DNA of 63,434 nucleotides, the filler included, from Octopus bimaculoides (Eukaryota): assembly GCF_001194135.2 (NCBI RefSeq). It is 5 parts of 5 records of this genome, joined end to end, with 100 filler letters (N's around TTAATTAATTAA, not from the genome) between each part and the next. Parts side by side here need not be neighbours in the genome. Positions count along the whole stretch, not along the records: positions 8,318 to 22,158 come from NC_068982.1; positions 22,259 to 39,385 come from NC_068981.1; 3 more parts are not named here. One strand, given 5' to 3'. Positions 13,746 to 25,882 of the stretch are shown here, piece after piece. Each line of letters opens with the position of its first letter. The stretch's first letter is position 1. The notes under the pieces were generated by a model. That model was not told the origin of the DNA and did no database searches. It saw only the letters and a program-made list of their open reading frames with translations. Made by a program: the position numbers and the translations under genes.

Positions 13746-14275
13746 CACTGCAAATAAAAATATAAACACTTCTTTATTGATGTATACAAATAGTAGTGAC
13801 TTGTATCTGGTAAAGACATGGGGAATTTGGAGTTCTTGATCTTTGGGTTGCACTTAAATATCTAACAAACTAACCAGTATGTCATAGAGAAGGGTTGTCA
13901 CAGGTCTTAAACAAAGTATCAGTAATAAGCAAACATTTTTTTCATAAATAATTGCAAAGAAATAAATATCTGCACTCTTTGATTTGCTTTTTTTTTCTAT
14001 TCTTTGTAGCACAAATTTTATTTTGATATTGCTTTTGGTCAAGATTCCAGTAATGAAGAAGTTTACCTAAAAGTTGGCAAACCTTTAGTGGAGTGGCTTT
14101 TTGAAAAGTAAGTCATCATTACAAGTTTGTTTTTTTACATATTTTTTCTCAATTCTAATTATTGGTTTTACCAAGATTTTGAGAGATATAAAACTATCTA
14201 GATATAATTACATCATGTAATTTATAACATTAAATGTCAGCATGGACAGCAGGCAAAACTATGATAATGATGATG

Positions 14276-14313
<38 letters not shown>

Positions 14314-15095
14314 CATCATTTATTGTCTGTTTTCCATGCCGGCAGGAGTTGGATGGTTTGACTGAAAACTGGTAAGCTCCAGGTTCCAATCTGATTTGGC
14401 GAAGTTTCTATGGCTGGATGCCCTTCCTAATGCCAACTACTCTGTGAGTATAGTGGGTGTTTTTATGTGCCACTGGCGTGAGTGCCATTTACTTGACACC
14501 AACATTGGCCATGATTCCAGTGTCATTTGACTTGTCTGGTCTACACAGCATGGTATATAACCAAAGGTCTCAGTTACCTGTCACTGCCTCCTTGAGGCCC
14601 AATGATCGAATGATGCTTTTTACATGTCACTGTAAAAAGCACCGTTAGAATATTGGGCCTCATGGAGGCAGTGATAGGTAACCGAGACCTTATATATACA
14701 AACAGGCTTGGCTGTGTGGTAAGAAGTTTACTTACCAATCACATGTTTTCAGGGTTCAGTCCCACTACATGGCACTTTGGGTATGTGTCTTCTGTTATAG
14801 CTGTGGTCTAACCAAAGCCTTGTGTGTTTGGTCCACAGAATGTGAAAGACACCAGTCATATATCTATATGTGTGTATGTGTGTCTGTATCTTGACATTGC
14901 ATGATAGTTGTAAAAGTGTCACTGTCATGCAAGCATTGTCCTTCATTTCCAATTTTCAATAACAGACATACAAGTCTGGTCATTGAAAATATTGCCATAC
15001 TTGGATAGCATCATTCAAAGGCTAAAACGATGCAAAGCACATTGTGACTAGTGATGTGTGACAACATCTGATAGTCTGGTCAGTCACATGATCAT

Positions 15096-15131
<36 letters not shown>

Positions 15132-15939
15132 ATTAATGATAATAAAGAAACTGATTTTTTTCACATCCATAATTTTATTTAACAGTTCTTTACAGCATCT
15201 TTTTGGGACATGAAATGATGCTGTAAATAACTGTTAAATAAAATTATGAGTGTGAGATATCTCTGTTCTCCTTATTATCATTAATACTATTACTGACTCT
15301 ATGAGCATATGCAACCCTGAACAGGAAACTTGGACTTACCCAGCGAGAAAAGTTACCAGAGCCTAACAACTTAGTGTTAGCTTGATAAGATCACACAGCA
15401 AAAATATTCAAACATGGCTTAAATATTGGTTTCAGATCTCGGCACAATGCCAGCAATTTCAGAGGAGGGGGGCAGATCGATTACATCGACCTCAGTGTTC
15501 AACTGGTACTTATTTTATCACTCCAAAAGGATGAAAGGCAAATTGAATCTCAGCAGAATTTGAACTCAGAATGTACAGACAGGTGAAATGCTGCTTAGCA
15601 TTTAACATGATGTGCTAATGATTTTGCCAGCTTGCTTCCTTAAACATGGCTTATATATTAATTTGAAGAAAATATTTGATCAGTTATAGTAGCTGGATAA
15701 ATGTCTGACTGAAACCAATATTTAAGCCATGTTTGAATATTTTTGCTGTATGATCTGATCTTAAATAGCACTGGGTAAACTGCAGGATTAATGTTACAGT
15801 ACTATTTGTGCCCTATCATTTCTAGTTTCTTTCAGTATTCAATTTTTAATGTTTGTTCCTTCAGTAGTTCTTTTAAAGAAATGGTATAATATATTTGAAG
15901 AGGTTTTAGTATTTATGGGACAAAATAACTCAAGTATAG

Positions 15940-16320
15940 TTGTTGGCACTCCATCACTTACGACGTTGAGGGTTCCAGTTGAACCGATCAATGGAACAGC
16001 CTGCTCGTGAAATTAACATGCAAGTGGCTGAGCACTCCACAGACACGTGTACCCTTAATGTAGTTCTCGGGGATATTCAGCGTGACACAGAGTGACAAGG
16101 CTGACCCTTTGAATTACAGGCACAACAGAAACAGGAAGTAAGAGTGAGAGAAAGTTGTGGTGGAAGAGTACAGCGGGGTTTGCCAGCATCCCCTGCCGGA
16201 GCCTCTTGGAGCTTTAGGTGTTTTCGCTCAATAAACACTCACAACGCCCGGTCTGGGAATCGAAACCATGATCCTATGACTGCAAGTCCGCTGCCCTAAC
16301 CACTGGGCCATTGCGCCTCC
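15940..16320 (-). mobile_element. tRNA-derived SINE, family A, with 13-bp TSD
   Basis: Full-length copy flanked by ACTCAAGTATAGT at 15928-15940 and 16321-16333. Confidence 0.9.
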
Positions 16321-17244
16321 ACTCAAGTATAGTAGAGCAGCAATAAATTTCAGCCAGTCTAATTTTGGCATGGAGATTCAATTCTTGATTGAGTTATTTC
16401 TAAAAATGATTGATGTGGAAAAATCTTAGAATGCTGAACTAAATACTTTTCAGAATTTAGGTTAATCCTTTATATTCTGAGTTTGAAATCATGCTGGGGA
16501 TCAACTTCCTTTCCAAGTATGAACCATTTATCAAGTTTCATTCAACCAATTAGAATTTGTGGCCTTGTACTAACCAGTATCAGGAAACATTGATATAATA
16601 AGATCAAATAGGATTAAAATGTTCTGGAATCATTAAGTCTGTTTACATTTTCCTTCTACTTATCATTTCCACATGATTGATTTTGACTGTGGAGTTCTGT
16701 AGAGATATTTTAGTTGAAGATGTCAATCAACTTGACACTTTGGCACCCTGCCATCTGGCCATTATTGATTCATATATACACAGTTAGGTAATTTATTCTT
16801 GCATACAGGTGAAAAATAGGTTTGGAATAGCATCTTCTCACACCATAGTTACACCACCGCCACTGCTGTCGCCACCTCCTCCTCCTCCTCCTCCTTCTTC
16901 TTCTTCTTCTTCTTCTTGTCTATAGTTAGCCATGTTACTATTTGTTTAGCCTCAGGCTAATTTTGATAGAACCAGACTTTATTGTCCAAAACATTCCCGT
17001 CATGACCAATCTGTATGTCTCTTTTTTCTTTCTTTTTGTCTGACACAGTGTATCTTGGAGTATAACATTACCTAATGCAGTGTTTCTCAAACATTTTTTT
17101 TTTATCTGTGGACCCTTTGATTCCTGTTTTACTTACAAGGACCCTCATAATTATTCAATGTTTAAAAAATCCTGTTGATTCAATATTATTAGAAATTCTA
17201 TTTAAAAAATAAAAAAAATATTTTGTGTATTGAAGAAGTATTAC

Positions 17245-17615
17245 TCTCTCTCACTTGTTTCAGTCATTTGACTGTGGCCATGCTGGAGCACCGCCTTTAG
17301 TCGAACAACTCGACCCTAGAACTTATTCTATTGGTCTCTTTTGCCGAACCGCTAAGTTACGGGGACGTAAACACACCAGCATCAGTTGTCAAGCGATGGT
17401 GGGGTGACAAGCACAGACACACAAACACACATACATATATATATACATATATACGACGGGCTTCTTTCAGTTTCTGTCTACCAAATCCACTCACAAGGCT
17501 TTGGTCAGCCCAAGGCTATAGTAGAAGACACTTGCCCAAGGTGCTACGCAGTGGGACTGAACCCAGAACTATGTGGTTGGTAAGCAAGCTACTTACCACA
17601 TAGCCACTCTTGCGC
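17245..17615 (-). mobile_element. tRNA-derived SINE, family B
   Basis: Reverse-complement copy. Further minus copies at ~23810-23885 (partial), 24003-24350, 34785-34945 and 36575-36930. Confidence 0.85.
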
Positions 17616-17919
17616 TACATAAATTTTAACAACAAAATCTTACATGGGTCCCTGGTGGAGAATCACTGATCTAATGTATCAAAATACTGCTTCTTTGCAA
17701 GCAGTAACCATTGTATCTATGATGAAGCCCAGTAATCTGATATCTGATCTGATCCTTTCATCTCATATTTTCCTTAGTCTTCTGTTTCTCTTCATTGTTT
17801 CTCTTTCACATGCCTCTCTTTCCCCTAGTATGCATTGTCCATTTACTTTAACTGTTCCTACCAGCTCAGCCATCATTTTTGCTCTCTTATCCCTCCTATT
17901 TATCCATGTTCCTCTCTTA

Positions 17920-18703
17920 TCTGGCTGAATTGTTTGAATGTCATAAAAATGCTTTACAGTATATGTTCTGGATTTTTAGGTTCCAAGTTCAAATTCCACG
18001 TAGGCCAAATTTGCCTTTCATCCTTTTGGAGGTCAATAAAATAAAGTACCAGTCAAGTATTAGGCTTGTTAGCATTGTTTCTCTTGTCCTCAAAATTGCT
18101 GGCTTTGTGTCTAAATCAGAATTATTATTATATCATATGTAAAGACAGACAAAATTCTGCTAAGCATTTGGACTGGCATGCTAATGATTCTGACAGCTTG
18201 CTGCCTTATTCAATATTATTAATAATAATTCTTTCTGCTATAGGCACAAGGCCTAAAATTTGTGGGAAATGGGTTAGTTGATCAGATTGATTCCAGTACT
18301 TGCCAGACAAAATGCTTAGTAGTGTTTCTTCCTGCTTTATGTTGTGAGTCCAAATGCCACTGAGGTTAACTTTACCTTTCATCTTTTTAGGATGAATAAA
18401 CCGAAATAAAGTACAGTCAAGTACTGGGATCAGTGTAACTGATTAGCCCCCTCCTCCACGATTTCAGATCTTGTGCCTTTAGTAGAAAGACATTAAGTCA
18501 GCAAGCAGACAGAATTATTAGCATGTTCAACAAAGTATTTTGTGGTATTTCTTCCAGCTCTTTAGGTTCTGGGTTTAAATCTTGCTGAGATCAACTTAAC
18601 CTTTCAGGGTTGATAAAATCAAGTGCTAGCCAAGTACTGGGGTCAATGGTATTGACTAATCCCTCCCTCTAAAATTACTAACCTTGTGCCAAAATTTAAA
18701 ATC

Positions 18704-18753
<50 letters not shown>

Positions 18754-18938
18754 CATCATCATTATTGAGATGGTGATCTGGCAAAATGCTTCATTCGTCT
18801 TTACCTTCTGAGCTTAAAATTTCGTGGAGATAGACTTTGCCTTTCATCCTTTTAGGATCAATAAAATAAGTACCAGCTGAACACTGTGGTTGATATAATC
18901 AACTTACTCTTCTCCCCCCAAATTACTGGCCTTGAAAC

Positions 18939-18980
<42 letters not shown>

Positions 18981-20225
18981 TCATTTAAAGTCCGCTTTCC
19001 ATGCTAGCATGGGTTGGACGATTTGACTGGGGACTTGCGAAGCGGATGGCTACACCAGACTCCAATATGATCTGGCAGAGTTTCTACTGTTGGATGCCCT
19101 TCCTAATGCCAACCACTACGAGAGTAGTGAGTGCTTTTTATGTGCCACCGGCACGTGGGCCAGTCCGGTGGGTACTGGCAACGGCCACGCTCGAATGGTG
19201 TTTTTTTTGTGCCACCTGTACAGGAGTCAGCCAATGTTTTGTTCGCATGCCACCAGCACAAGTGCTAGTTAGGCGAAGCTGGAAACGATCGCACTCAAAT
19301 GGTGCTATTTACTTGCCACCAGCATGGGAGCGAGACCGCTGCCTTGGCAATGATGCCGCTCGGATCGTGCTGTTAGCGCTAAGGCAGCATGCCAGCAGAA
19401 TCATTGGCATGCAGGACAAAATGCTTAGTGGCATTTTGTTTGTCTTTGCATTGTGAGTTCAAATTCTGCCAAGGTTGACTTTGTCTTTCATCCTCTCGGG
19501 AGGGTCGATAAAATAAGTACCGGTTGAGTAAAGCATTTGATGTAATCAACTAGCCTCCTAATTCCTCACCCCCAACCAATTTCAGGCCTTGTGCCTATAG
19601 TAAAAAAAAGGATTGTTATTATTGTAAGTAAGGCAATGAGTGGCAAGAATCATTAGCAAATCAGATATAATGCTTGGTGGCATTTTGTCTGTCTTTACAT
19701 TCTGAAGTCAAATTCCAATAAGGTTTACTTTGTCTTTCATCCCTTCTAGGTTGATAAAATGAATATCACTTAAGCATAAGGTTCAATGTAATCGTCTAGC
19801 TTCCTTCTCTCCCCCAATTTCAGGCCTTGTACCTAGTACAAAGAATTACTATTATTAGATAGATTAAGGTAGTGGATTTGTAGAGTTGTTAAAGCAAAAG
19901 AAAAAATGCCATGCAGTATTGCCAATCACCCTTGCCAGTCATCGTTTTGAGAGCTTAATAAAATAAAGTACCAGATAAGTGCTGGGGAAGATGTAATTGG
20001 CTGTTCCTCCCTCTTATATTTCTGGTCTTGTACCCACTTTTGAAACAATTATTATAGATTTATTACATAGCTTCAAATTTGTGGAGACAGCGGTCAATTA
20101 TATCCTCTGAGTGTTTGATTAGTCCGTTTTTGATTTTATCAACTCAAAAAGGAGGAAAGGCAAAATTAACTTCTGTAGGATTTGACTTTAAAATGTAATA
20201 AGATGCAACAAAACACCCTAAAACA
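17920..20225. repeat. Cluster of SINE family C copies (about 7 plus-strand and 3 partial minus-strand)
   Basis: Repeated unit GGCAGAATC.TTAGC...AATGCTTAG...GAGTTCAAATTC...ACTTTGCCTTTCATCC...ATAAAATAAGTACC...GGCCTTGTGCC, separated by (TTA)n/(CAT)n tails. Confidence 0.8.
18978..19370 (-). repeat. Short repeat sharing the RTE LINE 3' tail
   Basis: Reverse complement of the same tail. Other minus copies at ~12055-12110, 14310-14690, 30060-30240 and 39037-39385. Confidence 0.8.
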
Positions 20226-20244
20226 CTTAAGAACACAAACAGGT

Positions 20245-20645
20245 GCACGAGTGGCTGTGTGGTAAGTAGCTTGCTTACGAACCACATGGTTCCGGGTTCA
20301 GTCACACTGCGTGGCACCTTGGGCAAGTGTCTTCTACTATAGCCTCGGGCCGACCAAAGCCTTGTGAGTGGATTTGTTAGACGGAAACTGAAAGAAGCCC
20401 GTCGTATATATATATGTATATATATATATATATGTATGTATGTGTTTGTGTGTCTGTGTTTGTCCCCCCAACATCACTTGACAATCGATGCTGGTGTGTT
20501 TACGTCCCCGTAACTTAGCGGTTCGGCAAAAGAGATCGATAGAATAAGTACTAGGCTTACAGAGAATAAGCCCTGGGGTCGATTTGCTCGACTAAAGGCG
20601 GGGCTCCAGCATGGCCGCAGTCAAATGACTGAAACAAATAAAAGA
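20245..20645 (+). mobile_element. tRNA-derived SINE, family B
   Basis: Head GAGTGGCTGTGTGGTAAG...GGTTCAGTC, internal (TA)n, tail CAGCATGGCCGCAGTCAAATGACTGAAACAA. Related plus copies at ~1480-1800 and 14700-14960. Confidence 0.85.
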
Positions 20646-21121
20646 ATATCGCTAGTTGCATTTTTTGTTTCAAGGGAAATAATCGCAATGTCAGAAAAAA
20701 GAATTATTTCCCTTGCTCTAAAGGCTGAATTGTTTTTCTTTTTTGTTTTCTCGAAAATTTCAAGAAAAATTATACGAAAAATTATCTGTTGAAGTTATTC
20801 TGTATCAGAACTGTGAGCTGATAATCGTAAGAAGCGTTTCCTGAGTGGAAGATATGAAAGTTTTGAAGTTTATTTTTCGAGAGAAACTGTTCATTTCTAA
20901 CGGGGATAGTAATATGTTTAGATTAGGTTATTACGAAGGTTTTCTATATTTCATATAACTCTCAGGTGTCACTTGATGGAGAATAATCCTAAAATATATT
21001 ACTATTAGGAACATATATATTTATACATACGGGTAAATAATACAAGAGATTATTGTAAGTAAAATCACTCGTTGAGTATTGTTTATGTAGATTTACGTAT
21101 GTATTTATTTATATCTAAGTG

Positions 21122-21440
21122 AAGGCGTGTGGCTTAGTGGTTAGGGTATTTGGCTCACAATCGTAAGGTCGTGAGTTCAATTCCCAGTGGTGCTTTGTGT
21201 CTTTGAGCAAGACACTTTATGTCATGTTGCTCCAGTTCACTCAGCTGGTAAAAAAATGAGTTGTACTTGTATTTCAAAGGACCAGCCTTGTAAAATTGTG
21301 GGTCACGCTGCACCTCTCTCAGAGCTGCGTTAAAGGTATGCGTATCCGTGGAGTGCTCAGCCACTTGCACGTCAATTTCACGAGCAGGCTGCCCCATTGA
21401 TCAGATCAGCGGGAACACTTGTTGTAACTGATGAAGTGCT
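21122..21440 (+). mobile_element. tRNA-derived SINE, family A variant
   Basis: GGCGTGTGGCTTAGTGGTTAGGG...GAGTTCAATTCCC head; shares the GTGGAGTGCTCAGCCACTTGCACG body. Confidence 0.75.
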
Positions 21441-21852
21441 GTTATCTGTATCTAAATACTCATTTTCATGTGTAAAATATTTTAAAGGAATTATCAAAAT
21501 TCATTAAAAGTTAAAATAGCCATCTATGTATCATACATATTGTATATACAACATCGATAGGCCAGTTGCTGCAGTATTTGTCCTGAAATAACATCTCTTA
21601 TGGATGTGCCGTGTTAAAAATACAATATATATTGGAGAAAGAGAGAGAGAAAAAAAAACCCACCCCAGTAGCAGCTTTCACAAATGCTAGATGTATTTCG
21701 GCCATTTTGAGCTTTTTCAGTGATGCATACTCACAATCAGCTACATTCTTGAATGAGAATTCATCACGTCTGATATAAGAAAAAGTGAATAAAACATGCA
21801 ATGCTGTTGTGAATAGCCACCCACACAATTGAAGATTATTAAACTAAAATAG

Positions 21853-21894
<42 letters not shown>

Positions 21895-21900
21895 TAGTAT

Positions 21901-22158
21901 ATTGCCACTTAAGTGTGGCTGACCCCTAGGGGTGGATGTTACTGTTGCTTTTAGCCCCAGGAGGACATCTCCTCCAGCTGGCTTATCGACACACGACTGT
22001 GTCCTGTTTGCCAAGGGAGTTATCCCTCTCACCACGACCAGCAGCACGAACGTATCCGGATTTCAGGGTTATTTCCCTTCTTCGGCGTTCGACAGCTGAT
22101 GACCTTGGTGAGAGAGAAAAACCTGGCAAAATCTTATATCTTCTTTTCCAGTGACATT
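21901..22158 (-). repeat. GC-richer hammerhead-bearing repeat, copy 1 (pLTR/retrozyme-like)
   Basis: 21951-22005 aligns (~80% by eye) to the reverse complement of 24471-24528, with the hammerhead collinear in both copies. Confidence 0.55.
22047..22091 (-). ncRNA. Minimal type-I hammerhead ribozyme-like motif
   Basis: Minus strand CGAACG-CCGAAGA-AGGG(aaataa)CCCT-GAAA-TCCGGA-TA-CGTTCG. Perfect 6-bp stem I, 4-bp stem II, palindromic stem III ATCCGGAT, one core change (U4 to C). Confidence 0.7.
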
Positions 22159-22258
22159 NNNNNNNNNNNNNNNNNNNNNNNNNNNNNNNNNNNNNNNNNN
22201 NNTTAATTAATTAANNNNNNNNNNNNNNNNNNNNNNNNNNNNNNNNNNNNNNNNNNNN

Positions 22259-22297
<39 letters not shown>

Positions 22298-22409
22298 CAT
22301 ACGCATACACACACACACACATATATACATACACACACATATATATATACATATATACACATACACACACACACACACATATATATATATATTCACATAT
22401 ACATATACA

Positions 22410-22686
22410 GTATGCTCCGCTGGATGTGTAATGTCAATGTGAATACCCGTCAGACTGTAAGTATCTTGAGAGAAAAGCTGAACATTAGAAGCATCAGTTG
22501 TGGTGTGCAAGAGAGACGATTGCGCTGGTATGGACATGTGGTGAGAATGGAGGAGGATAGCTGCGTGAAAAAGTGCCACACCCTAACAGTTGAGGGAACC
22601 CGTGGAAGAGGTAGGCCCAGGAAGACCTGGGCTGAGGTGGTGAGGCAAGACCTTCGTACATTGGGCCTCACCAAGGTGATGACTAC
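22410..22686 (+). mobile_element. RTE-clade LINE fragment
   Basis: MLRWMCNV...LREKLNIRSISCGVQERRLRWYGHVVRMEEDSCVKKC...GRGRPRKTW; runs into an assembly gap. Confidence 0.85.
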
Positions 22687-23449
22687 NNNNNNNNNNNNNN
22701 NNNNNNNNNNNNNNNNNNNNNNNNNNNNNNNNNNNNNNNNNNNNNNNNNNNNNNNNNNNNNNNNNNNNNNNNNNNNNNNNNNNNNNNNNNNNNNNNNNNN
22801 NNNNNNNNNNNNNNNNNNNNNNNNNNNNNNNNNNNNNNNNNNNNNNNNNNNNNNNNNNNNNNNNNNNNNNNNNNNNNNNNNNNNNNNNNNNNNNNNNNNN
22901 NNNNNNNNNNNNNNNNNNNNNNNNNNNNNNNNNNNNNNNNNNNNNNNNNNNNNNNNNNNNNNNNNNNNNNNNNNNNNNNNNNNNNNNNNNNNNNNNNNNN
23001 NNNNNNNNNNNNNNNNNNNNNNNNNNNNNNNNNNNNNNNNNNNNNNNNNNNNNNNNNNNNNNNNNNNNNNNNNNNNNNNNNNNNNNNNNNNNNNNNNNNN
23101 NNNNNNNNNNNNNNNNNNNNNNNNNNNNNNNNNNNNNNNNNNNNNNNNNNNNNNNNNNNNNNNNNNNNNNNNNNNNNNNNNNNNNNNNNNNNNNNNNNNN
23201 NNNNNNNNNNNNNNNNNNNNNNNNNNNNNNNNNNNNNNNNNNNNNNNNNNNNNNNNNNNNNNNNNNNNNNNNNNNNNNNNNNNNNNNNNNNNNNNNNNNN
23301 NNNNNNNNNNNNNGTATACCATTCTGCCTAAATAATGGATCTACAAATGCAATATGCCTACATATCTCACATCTACTTTCATTCCTCCTCTTCACTCTCT
23401 ATTTCGTATCTTATCTAAATTAATTATTGCTTAACCATTTTCTCACACT

Positions 23450-23497
23450 GTTCCCGACGAAGGGATATAATAAATATCCCGGAAACAGCTGTAAGAC
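23450..23497 (+). ncRNA. Minimal type-I hammerhead ribozyme-like motif (degenerate)
   Basis: GTTC-CCGACGA-a-GGGATAT(aataa)ATATCCC-g-GAAA-CAGCTG-TA-AGAC. Perfect 7-bp inner stem II, palindromic stem III ACAGCTGT, weak stem I, U4 to C. Confidence 0.6.
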
Positions 23498-24364
23498 CTA
23501 TTTATAAATGTTCTAAAATGTTCTAAAAGCCTTGGTTTTTTATCTCATTCTGAAAAAATTTTTTTTTTATATATACACATGCTGATATATGACCTATGTT
23601 GGACTCCTTATTTGCATAATCACCAAACCTGGAGCTTAACTGTGGTCTATCCATAGCACTTACTCAGTATTACCTGACACCTTTGGGTCTTATTGACACA
23701 ATTACCTCTCATAATCTCTATACACACACACACATATATATTCATACACATATATATTCATACACATAAATATATATATATATATGCATAAATATATATA
23801 TACTCTTTTTCTCTCTTTTACTCTTTTCCTTGTTTCAGTCATTTGACTGCGGCCATGCTGGAGCATCGCCTTTTAGTCGAGCAAATCCAATAGTTTGAAC
23901 TGCACATATTCCAAGTATTTCATTTCTGTACATAGAAGAAATTTCTTATGGTTGTTAACAATTGGCATTTAATAAATATCATCATGGACATTAGCACAAG
24001 TTACTCTTTTACTTGTTTCAGTCATTTGACCGCGGCCATGCTGGAGCACCGCCTTTAGTCGAGCAAATAGACCCCATGACTTATTCTTTGTAAGCCTACT
24101 ACATATTCTATTGGTCTCTTTTGCTGAACTGCTAAGTTACGGGGACATAAACACACCAGCATCGGTTGTCAAGCAATGCTAGAGGGACAAACACAGACAC
24201 ACATATATATATATACGACGGGCTTCACTCATAAGGCTTTGGTCGGCCGGAGGCTATAGAAGACACTTGTCCAAGATGCTATGCAGTGGGACTGAAGCGG
24301 GAACCATGTAGTTGGTAAGCAAGCTACTTACCACATAGCCACTCCTGTGTCTATATATATATAT

Positions 24365-24610
24365 AGGGCTTGGCTGCTCTGCATTGACAAGGGGCAACAC
24401 CCTGAAACTAGTCTGCAGATGCCAAACCAGCAGGGGGACACTGCTGACCTCCCCTGTTCGAAGGTTATAAAGGACACAGGTTTCGTGTGTCACATAGCTA
24501 GCTAGAGGCGATGGCTTCTTGGAGCTAATTCACGGCAGCTTTCGTCCTAATTTTGGGACTGCCATGTTGGCTTGGCGATAACTATTAATTTCCAGTACCG
24601 CTGTCGTAGT
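24365..24610 (+). repeat. GC-richer hammerhead-bearing repeat, copy 2
   Basis: Inverted homologue of 21901-22158. Confidence 0.55.
24378..24419 (+). ncRNA. Decayed minimal type-I hammerhead ribozyme-like motif
   Basis: TCTGCA-TTGACAA-GGGG(caaca)CCCT-GAAA-CTAG-TC-TGCAGA. Perfect 6-bp stem I, palindromic stem III ACTAGT; the core differs from CTGACGA by two transitions. Confidence 0.6.
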
Positions 24611-25334
24611 CTCCTTTAGAGAGACTTAGAAATATTAATAACTCTATTTCTGAAAACCAGTGGATAGATTCCACTGAAATNNNNNNNNNNNNNNNNNNNN
24701 NNNNNNNNNNNNNNNNNNNNNNNNNNNNNNNNNNNNNNNNNNNNNNNNNNNNNNNNNNNNNNNNNNNNNNNNNNNNNNNNNNNNNNNNNNNNNNNNNNNN
24801 NNNNNNNNNNNNNNNNNNNNNNNNNNNNNNNNNNNNNNNNNNNNNNNNNNNNNNNNNNNNNNNNNNNNNNNNNNNNNNNNNNNNNNNNNNNNNNNNNNNN
24901 NNNNNNNNNNNNNNNNNNNNNNNNNNNNNNNNNNNNNNNNNNNNNNNNNNNNNNNNNNNNNNNNNNNNNNNNNNNNNNNNNNNNNNNNNNNNNNNNNNNN
25001 NNNNNNNNNNNNNNNNNNNNNNNNNNNNNNNNNNNNNNNNNNNNNNNNNNNNNNNNNNNNNNNNNNNNNNNNNNNNNNNNNNNNNNNNNATATATACTCA
25101 CACACATATACATACGTACATATATACATACATACATATATATACATATATATGTATATATACATATATATGTATATATATCTATATATATACACATATA
25201 TATCTATATATATACATATATATATGTATATATATCTATCTATCTATGTATCTATCTATCTATATATATTATACATATATATGTACACATACATACATTT
25301 ATATATACATAAATATTTTGGAGTTGATGTACAG

Positions 25335-25823
25335 GAATTATATATTAGAAAAAATAATAAGGTACTCAGATATCTGAATGGTTGTACATTTATAGATTTT
25401 TACTAATATGTCACGTTTTTATAAATCATATATTAGTGCTTGCATCTATTCTAGTAGATTCTCCAGATTTAATTTTTCATGAGAGGAAAAATTATACATT
25501 TTATAGTATTATTGAATGTGTAGGGGTGGAGAGAGGTATATAGGATAGTAAGAGAGGGTGAGGAATTGGGAAAAAGTGAGAGTGTGTGTTTGTGTGTGTA
25601 TGTATGTGCCTGTGTATCTAAAAGGAGTGTCAATGGGAAAAAGAAGGCAAGAAAGAAGGAAGAGAGAAAGAAAGAAAGAAAATTGTGTTTACAGCTCCTC
25701 AGTTCTTTCAATAGAAGATGACAAGTTGATTCTTGGCCTTTAAAATTGGCAAAACCAGGTGGCTATTTAAGTGGGGCATTGTTTGGAAAAAAAGATATTT
25801 TTCAAAAAGTTGCCAGCATTGTC

Positions 25824-25882
<59 letters not shown>

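Noticed and set aside
17728-17752. ATGATGA...CTGA as a C/D snoRNA
   Set aside because: The boxes are too close together and there is no terminal stem.
22095-22130. Plus-strand CTGATGA near the 22047 hammerhead
   Set aside because: No stem II or correctly placed GAAA and stems; the convincing fold is on the minus strand.
24530-24565. Minus-strand GTCC...GGAC-GAAA stem
   Set aside because: No CUGANGA core upstream; a simple hairpin.
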